Below are positions 56,001-64,000 of a stretch of 64,000 nt of DNA, piece after piece; position 1 is the stretch's first letter, and each line of letters begins with the position of its first letter. Where the stretch lies: the NCBI RefSeq assembly GCF_009914755.1, contig NC_060948.1. The stretch is one strand, 5' to 3'. This DNA is from the human T2T-CHM13v2.0 reference genome, Homo sapiens. Under the pieces are notes generated by a model, which made no database searches, had not been told where the DNA came from, and was given only the letters and a program-made list of their open reading frames with translations. The position numbers and the translations under genes are program-made.

Positions 56001-59000
56001 AAATGGAATCCAAAATCATTGACTGGAAAGGCTGGGTGTCGAAAGGAATTGACTCCAATGGAATGGAATCGAATGGAATGGAAGTGAATAGAATCGAACT
56101 AAATCGAATGGAATGGAATTGATAGGAACGGAATGGAAAGGAATGCAATGATTTGGCATGGAATGGAATCGAATGGCATCGAATGGAATGGAATGGAATG
56201 CAATGGAATGGAATGTATTAGAATGTAATGAACATTAATGGAATGTACTCGAATGGATTCGACTGGCATGGAATGTTCTGGAAGTGAATGGAATCCAATG
56301 GAATGGATTCAAAAGGAATGGAATCATACGGAATGGAATCTAATGGAATGGAATTAAATGGAAATGAATCAAATTGAATAGCACGGAATTGAATTGAATG
56401 GAATCTAATGCAACGGAATCTAATGAAACGGAAAGGAAAGGAATGGAATGGAATGGAATGGGCTGGAATGGAAAGGAATCGAAACGAATGGAATGGAATC
56501 GAACTGAAGAGACTGGAATGGAATGCACTGGAATGGAAGGGAGTGTAATGGAAGGTTCTCGACAAAAATGGAATCGAATGGAATGGAATTGAATGGAACG
56601 GAATAGAGTGGAATGGAATTGAATGGAATGGAATGGACTAGAGTGAAATGGAATCGAACCACAAGGAATGGACAGGAATAGAATGGTCTCGAATTGAATG
56701 GAATCGTATGGAATGGCATCAAACGGAATGGAATGGACAGCCACGGAATGGAATGCACTCGAATGCAATGGAGTCGAAACTAATGGACTGGAATAGAATG
56801 GACTCGACTGGTACGGACTCCAATGGAATGGAATCGAATGGAAGGGAATCGAACGGAATGGACTCGAAGGGAAAAGACTGCAATGGAAAGGTATCGAATG
56901 GAATGGAAATTAATGGAATGGAATGGAATCGAATGAAATGGAGTCAAAAGGAATGGAATCGAATGGCAAGAAATCGAATGTAATGGAATCGCAAGGAATT
57001 GATGTGAACGGAACGGAATGGAATGGAATCCAAAGGAATGGAATAGAATGGAATGGAATCGAATGGAAAGGACTCGAATGGAAATCACTCGAATAGAATG
57101 CAATTTAATAAAATAGGAGCAAATGTAATGGAATGGAATGGAAAGGAATCGAAACGAAAGGAATGGAGACAGATGGAATGGAATGGAACAGAGAGCAATG
57201 GTATAGAATGGAATGGAATCATCTGGAATGGAATTGAATGGAATGGAATAATATGAAATGGAATGGAATGGAATGGAATATCCTTGAATTAAGTGGACTG
57301 GAATGTAATGGACTCGAACAGAGTGGAATGGAAAGTGTTGAAATAGAATGGAATGGACTCCTTTGGAATGGTCTAGTATGCAATGCAATCGACTGGCAGG
57401 GAATCAAATGGAATGTAATGGAATGGATTGGACTGGAATGCAATGGACTCGAATAGATTGGAAACGGAAAGCAAAGGAATGGAATGGAATAGTATGGAAT
57501 GGAATGGAAAGGAATGGAGTGGAATAGACTAGAGTGGAATGGAATGGACTCGAAAGCAATGGAATGGAATGGAACTTTCTTGAATGGACTGGAATCAAAC
57601 GGAATGGAAAGCAATGCAATCAAATGGCATGGAATAAAATAGAATGAAAGAGAATCAAATTGAATTGAATCGAATGGAATCGAATGGATTTGAAAGGAAT
57701 AGAATGGAATGGAATGGAATTGATTCAAATGGAATGGACTAGAATGGAATGGATTCGAATGGAAGGCAAAGGAATGGAATCTATTGGAATGGACTGTAAT
57801 GGAATGGAATGGAAGGGATTGGAATGGACTCGAATGGAATGGACTGCAATAGAAAGGATTCGAATGGAATGAAAAAGAATTGAATGGAATAGAACAGAAT
57901 GGAATCAAATCGAATGAAATGGAATGGAATAGAAAGGAATGGAATGAAATGGAATGGAAAGGATTCGAATGGAATGCAATCGAATGGAATGGAATCGAAC
58001 GGAATGGAATAAAATGGAAGAAAACTGGCAAGAAATGGAATCGAAATGAATGGAGTGTTATGGAACGGACTCAAAAGGAATTGAATGTAATAGAATGGAG
58101 TGGAGTGGACTCGAATATAATGGACTGGAATGGAATGAAATCACATGGAATGGGAACGAATGGAATGGAATGGAAAGGAATGGAATCGAATGGAAAGGAA
58201 TCGAATGGAAGGGAATGAAATTGAATCAACAGGAATGGAAGGGAATAGAATAGACGGTAATGGAATGGACTCGAATAGAATGGACACGAATGCTCAAATT
58301 GAATGGACTCGAATGGAATGGAAACGAAAGGAATGTCATCGAATGGAATTGAATCGATTGGAATGAAATCGCATAGAATGGAGTGGAATCAAATGGAATT
58401 GAATCGAAAGCAAAGGAAGCGAATGGACTGAAATGAAATGGACTCAAATTGAAAGGGCTCGAAAGGAATGGAGTCAAATGGAATGGTCTGGAATGGAGTG
58501 AACACGAATGTAATGCAATCCAATAGAATGGAATCGAATGGCATGGAATATAAAGAAATGGAATCGAAGAGAATGGAAACAAATGGAATGGAATTGAATG
58601 GAATGGAATTGAATGGAATGGGAACGAATGGAGTGAAATTGTATGCAGTAGAAGAGAATAGAATGGAATGCAAGCGAAAGGAAAGGAATGGATTGGAATG
58701 GAATGGAATTCATTGGAATAGAAGGGAATGTAGTGTAATGGACAGGCCTGGAATAAAGTGGAATGCTACGGTCTCGAATGGAATAAAAATGTATGGAATG
58801 GAATGCAATGAAACGGAATCGAATGTCATAGAATGTAATGGAATGCAAAAAAATGGAATCCAAAATCATTGACTGGAAAGGCTGGGTGTCGAAAGGAATT
58901 GACTCCAATGGAATGGAATCGAATGGAATGGAAGTGAATAGAATCGAACTAAATCGAATGGAATGGAATTGATAGGAACGGAATGGAAAGGAATGCAATG

Positions 59001-62000
59001 ATTTGGCATGGAATGGAATCGAATGGCATCGAATGGAATGGAATGGAATGCAATGGAATGGAATGTATTAGAATGTAATGAACATTAATGAAATGTACTC
59101 GAATGGATTCGACTGGCATGGAATGTTCTGGAAGTGAATGGAATCCAATGGAATGGATTCAAAAGGAATGGAATCGTACGGAATGGAATCTAATGGAATG
59201 GAATTAAATGGAAATGAATCAAATTGAATAGCACGGAATTGAATTGAATGGAATCGAATGCAATGGAATCTAATGAAACGGAAAGGAAAGGAATGGAATG
59301 GAATGGAATGGGCTGGAATGGAAAGGAATCGAAATGAATGGAATGGAATCGAACTGAAGAGACTGGAATGGAATGCACTGGAATGGAAGGGAGTGTAATG
59401 GAAGGTTCTCGACAAAAATGGAATCGAATGGAATGGAATTGAATGGAACGGAATAGAGTGGAATGGAATTGAATGGAATGGAATGGACTAGAGTGAAATG
59501 GAATCGAACCACAAGGAATGGACAGGAATAGAATGGTCTCGAATTGAATGGAATCGTATGGAATGGCATCAAACGGAATGGAATGGACAGCCACGGAATG
59601 GAATGCACTCGAATGCAATGGAGTCGAAACTAATGGACTGGAATAGAATGGACTCGACTGGTACGGACTCCAATGGAATGGAATCGAATGGAAGGGAATC
59701 GAATGGAATGGACTCGAAGGGAAAAGACTGCAATGGAAAGGTCTCGAATGGAATGGAAATTAATGGAATGGAATGGAATCGAATGAAATGGAGTCAAAAG
59801 GAATGGAATCGAATGGCAAGAAATCGAATGTAATGGAATCGCAAGGAATTGATGTGAACGGAACGGAATGGAATGGAATCCAAAGGAATGGAATAGAACG
59901 GAATGGAATCGAATGGAAAGGACTCGAATGGAAATCACTCGAATAGAATGCAATTTAATAAAATAGGATCAAATGTAATGGAATGGAATGGAAAGGAATC
60001 GAAACGAAAGGAATGGAGACAGATGGAATGGAATGGAACAGAGAGCAATGGTATAGAATGGAATGGAATCATCTGGAATGGAATTGAATGGAATGGAATA
60101 ATATGAAATGGAATGGAATGGAATGGAATGTCCTTGAATTAAATGGACTGGAATGGAATGGACTCGAACAGAGTGGAATGGAAAGTGTTGAAATAGAATG
60201 GAATGGACTCCTTTGGAATGGTCTAGTATGCAATGCAATCGACTGGCAGGGAATCAAAAGGAATGTAATCGAATGGATTGGACTGGAATGCAATGGACTC
60301 GAATAGATTGGAAACGGAAAGCAAAGGAATGGAATGGAATAGTATGGAATGGAATGGAAAGGAATGGAGTGGAATAGACTAGAGTGGAATGGAATGGACT
60401 CGAAAGCAATGGACTGGAATGGAACTTTCTTGAATGGACTGGAATCAAACGGAATGGAATGCAATGCAATCAAATGGCATGGAATAAAATAGAATGAAAG
60501 AGAATCAAATGGAATTGAATCGAATGGAATCGAATGGATTTGAAAGGAATAGAATGGAATGGAATGGAATTGACTCAAATGGAATGGACTAGAATGGAAT
60601 GGATTCGAATGGAAGGCAAAGGAATGGAATCTATTGGAATGGACTGTAATGGAATGGAATGGAAGGGATTGGAATGGACTCGAATGGAATGGACTGCAAT
60701 AGAAAGGATTCGAATGGAATGAAAAGGAATTGAATGGAATAGAACAGAATGGAATCAAATCGAATGAAATGGAATGGAATAGAAAGGAATGGAATGAAAT
60801 GGAATGGAAAGGATTCGAATGGAATGCAATCGAATGGAATGGAACCGAACGGAATGGAATAAAATGGAAGAAAACTGGCAAGAAATGGAATCGAAATGAA
60901 TGGAGTGTTATGGAACGGACTCAAAAGGAATTGAATGTAATAGAATGGAGTGGAGTGGACTCGAATATAATGGACTGGAATGGAATGAAATCACATGGAA
61001 TGGGAACGAATGGAATGGAATGGAAAGGAATGGAATCGAATGGAAAGGAATCGAATGGAAGGGAATGAAATTGAATCAACAGGAATGGAAGGGAATAGAA
61101 TAGACGGTAATGGAATGGACTCGAATAGAATGGACACGAATGCTCAAATTGAATGGACTCGAATGGAATGGAAACGAAAGGAATGTCATCGAATGGAATT
61201 GAATCGATTGGAATGAAATCGCATAGAATGGAGTGGAGTCAAATGGAATTGAAACGAAAGCAAAGGAAGCGAATGGACTGAAATGAAATGGACTCAAATT
61301 GAAAGGGCTCGAAAGGAATGGAGTCAAATGGAATGGTCTGGAATGGAATGAACACGAATGTAATGCAATCCAATAGAATGGAATCGAATGGCATGGAATA
61401 TAAAGAAATGGAATCGAAGAGAATGGAAACAAATGGAATGGAATTGAATGGAATGGAATTGAATGGAATGGGAACGAATGGAGTGAAATTGTATGCAGTA
61501 GAAGAGAATAGAATGGAATGCAAGCGAAAGGAAAGGAATGGATTGGAATGGAATGGAATTCATTGGAATGGAAGGGAATGTAGTGTAATGGACACCCTGG
61601 AATAAAGTGGAATGCTACGGTCTCGAATGGAATAAAAATGTATGGAATGGAATGCAATGAAACGGAATCGAATGTCATAGAATGGAATGGAATGCAAAAA
61701 AATGGAATCCAAAATCATTGACTGGAAAGGCTGGGTGTCGAAAGGAATTGACTCCAATGGAATGGAATCGAATGGAATGGAAGTGAATAGAATCGAACTA
61801 AATCGAATGGAATGGAATTGATAGGAACGGAATGGAAAGGAATGCAATGATTTGGCATGGAATGGAATCGAATGGCATCGAATGGAATGGAATGGAATGC
61901 AATGGAATGGAATGTATTAGAATGTAATGAACATTAATGGAATGTACTCGAATGGATTCGACTGGCATGGAATGTTCTGGAAGTGAATGGAATCCAATGG

Positions 62001-64000
62001 AATGGATTCAAAAGGAATGGAATCGTACGGAATGGAATCTAATGGAATGGAATTAAATGGAAATGAATCAAATTGAATAGCACGGAATTGAATTGAATGG
62101 AATCGAATGCAATGGAATCTAATGAAACGGAAAGGAAAGGAATGGAATGGAATGGAATGGGCTGGAATGGAAAGGAATCGAAACGAATGGAATGGAATCG
62201 AACTGAAGAGACTGGAATGGAATGCACTGGAATGGAAGGGAGTGTAATGGAAGGTTCTCGACAAAAATGGAATCGAATGGAATGGAATTGAATGGAACGG
62301 AATAGAGTGGAATGGAATTGAATGGAATGGAATGGACTAGAGTGAAATGGAATCGAACCACAAGGAATGGACAGGAATAGAATGGTCTCGAATTGAATGG
62401 AATCGTATGGAATGGCATCAAACGGAATGGAATGGACAGCCACGGAATGGAATGCACTCGAATGCAATGGAGTCGAAACTAATGGACTGGAATAGAATGG
62501 ACTCGACTGGTACGGACTCCAATGGAATGGAATCGAATGGAAGGGAATCGAACGGAATGGACTCGAAGGGAAAAGACTGCAATGGAAAGGTCTCGAATGG
62601 AATGGAAATTAATGGAATGGAATGGAATCGAATGAAATGGAGTCAAAAGGAATGGAATCGAATGGCAAGAAATCGAATGTAATGGAATCGCAAGGAATTG
62701 ATGTGAACGGAACGGAATGGAATGGAATCCAAAGGAATGGAATAGAATGGAATGGAATCGAATGGAAAGGACTCGAATGGAAATCACTCGAATAGAATGC
62801 AATTTAATAAAATAGGATCAAATGTAATGGAATGGAATGGAAAGGAATCGAAACGAAAGGAATGGAGACAGATGGAATGGAATGGAACAGAGAGCAATGG
62901 TATAGAATGGAATGGAATCATCTGGAATGGAATTGAATGGAATGGAATAATATGAAATGGAATGGAATGGAATGGAATGTCCTTGAATTAAATGGACTGG
63001 AATGGAATGGACTCGAACAGAGTGGAATGGAAAGTGTTGAAATAGAATGGAATGGACTCCTTTGGAATGGTCTAGTATGCAATGCAATCGACTGGCAGGG
63101 AATCAAAAGGAATGTAATCGAATGGATTGGACTGGAATGCAATGGACTCGAATAGATTGGAAACGGAAAGCAAAGGAATGGAATGGAATAGTATGGAATG
63201 GAATGGAAAGGAATGGAGTGGAATAGACTAGAGTGGAATGGAATGGACTCGAAAGCAATGGACTGGAATGGAACTTTCTTGAATGGACTGGAATCAAACG
63301 GAATGGAATGCAATGCAATCAAATGGCATGGAATAAAATAGAATGAAAGAGAATCAAATGGAATTGAATCGAATGGAATCGAATGGATTGCAAAGGAATA
63401 GAATGGAATGGAATGGAATTGACTCAAATGGAATGGACTATAATGGAATGGATTCGAATGGAAGGCAAAGGAATGGAATCTATTGGAATGGACTGTAATG
63501 GAATGGAATGGAAGGGATTGGAATGGACTCGAATGGAATGGACTGCAATAGAAAGGATTCGAATGGAATGAAAAAGAATTGAATGGAATAGAACAGAATG
63601 GAATCAAATCGAATGAAATGGAATGGAATAGAAAGGAATGGAATGAAATGGAATGGAAAGGATTCGAATGGAATGCAATCGAATGGAATGGAATCGAACG
63701 GAATGGAATAAAATGGAAGAAAACTGGCAAGAAATGGAATCGAAATGAATGGAGTGTTATGGAACGGACTCAAAAGGAATTGAATGTAATAGAATGGAGT
63801 GGAGTGGACTCGAATATAATGGACTGGAATGGAATGAAATCACATGGAATGGGAACGAATGGAATGGAATGGAAAGGAATGGAATCGAATGGAAAGGAAT
63901 TGAATGAAAGGGAATGAAATTGAATCAACAGGAATGGAAGGGAATAGAATAAACGGTAATGGAATGGACTCGAATAGAATGGACACGAATGCTCAAATTG

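Larger units (their letters stand above)
1..64000 (+). repeat. DYZ1: Human satellite III (GGAAT)n array, DYZ1 family (Yq12 heterochromatin)
   Basis: Seen: uninterrupted degenerate GGAAT pentamers on the + strand, organised in kb-scale tandem units with single AGGCCT and GAATTC sites per unit (e.g. GAATTC 3490-3495, GGCC 3529-3532). Knowledge: DYZ1 is the ~3.4-3.6-kb HaeIII/EcoRI Y satellite, and the motifs GGACAGGCCTGGAATAAAGTGGA and TTGAATGGAATGGGAACGAATGG match DYZ1 sexing-primer sites as I recall them. Confidence 0.93.
7079..64000 (+). repeat. Tandem array of ~2.85-kb deletion-derivative DYZ1 units (19 complete + 1 partial)
   Basis: Unit lengths: 2850, 2829, 3468 (internal duplication), 2805, 2835, 2850, 2735, 2835, 2850, 2830, 2835, 2850, 2845, 2850, 2855, 2845, 2850, 2850, ~2849. 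All complete units share the junction CTGAAATGAAATGGA|CTCAAATTGAAAGGG. Confidence 0.92.

Noticed and set aside
323-63917. Hundreds of ORFs of 60-305 aa on both strands (MEWNG- and FHSIP-repeat peptides), including 48569-49486 (305 aa) and the recurring 270-aa minus-strand ORF
   Set aside because: (GGAAT)n has no stop codon in any frame, so such ORFs are expected. They overlap in all frames, shift with 5-bp indels and show no domain-like content.
1-64000. CRISPR-like or other prokaryotic repeat-spacer system
   Set aside because: No constant repeat with unique spacers and no associated genes; all variation is pentamer degeneracy repeated unit to unit.
1-64000. Inversions, DYZ2 (AT-rich/Alu) blocks, Alu or L1 insertions
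   Set aside because: No CATTC-strand tract, poly(A) tail or non-pentamer sequence longer than ~20 bp was seen.

Overview
The whole 64-kb window is human satellite III DNA: a degenerate (GGAAT)n pentamer array, all in one orientation, with no genes, transposons or unique sequence. Long-range unit structure, one AGGCCT (StuI/HaeIII) and one GAATTC (EcoRI) site per unit, and ~3.55-kb units identify it as the Y-chromosome Yq12 DYZ1 (HSat3) array. Taking GCCTGGAATAAA as unit start, there are 21 complete units plus a partial 22nd, starting at 1, 3530, 7079, 9929, 12758, 16226, 19031, 21866, 24716, 27451, 30286, 33136, 35966, 38801, 41651, 44496, 47346, 50201, 53046, 55896, 58746 and ~61595. Units 1-2 are near-canonical length (3529, 3549 bp). 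From unit 3 on, every complete unit carries the same 699-bp deletion, giving a ~2850-bp subfamily that has amplified and organised into 3-unit higher-order blocks (8515-bp and 8550-bp periods). Other structural events are a 619-bp tandem duplication and 95-, 25-, 15- and 5-bp indels. Most units carry two perfect heat-shock elements. All listed ORFs are artefacts of the pentamer repeat. I see no protein-coding system; the interest lies in satellite evolution and possible HSF1 binding.
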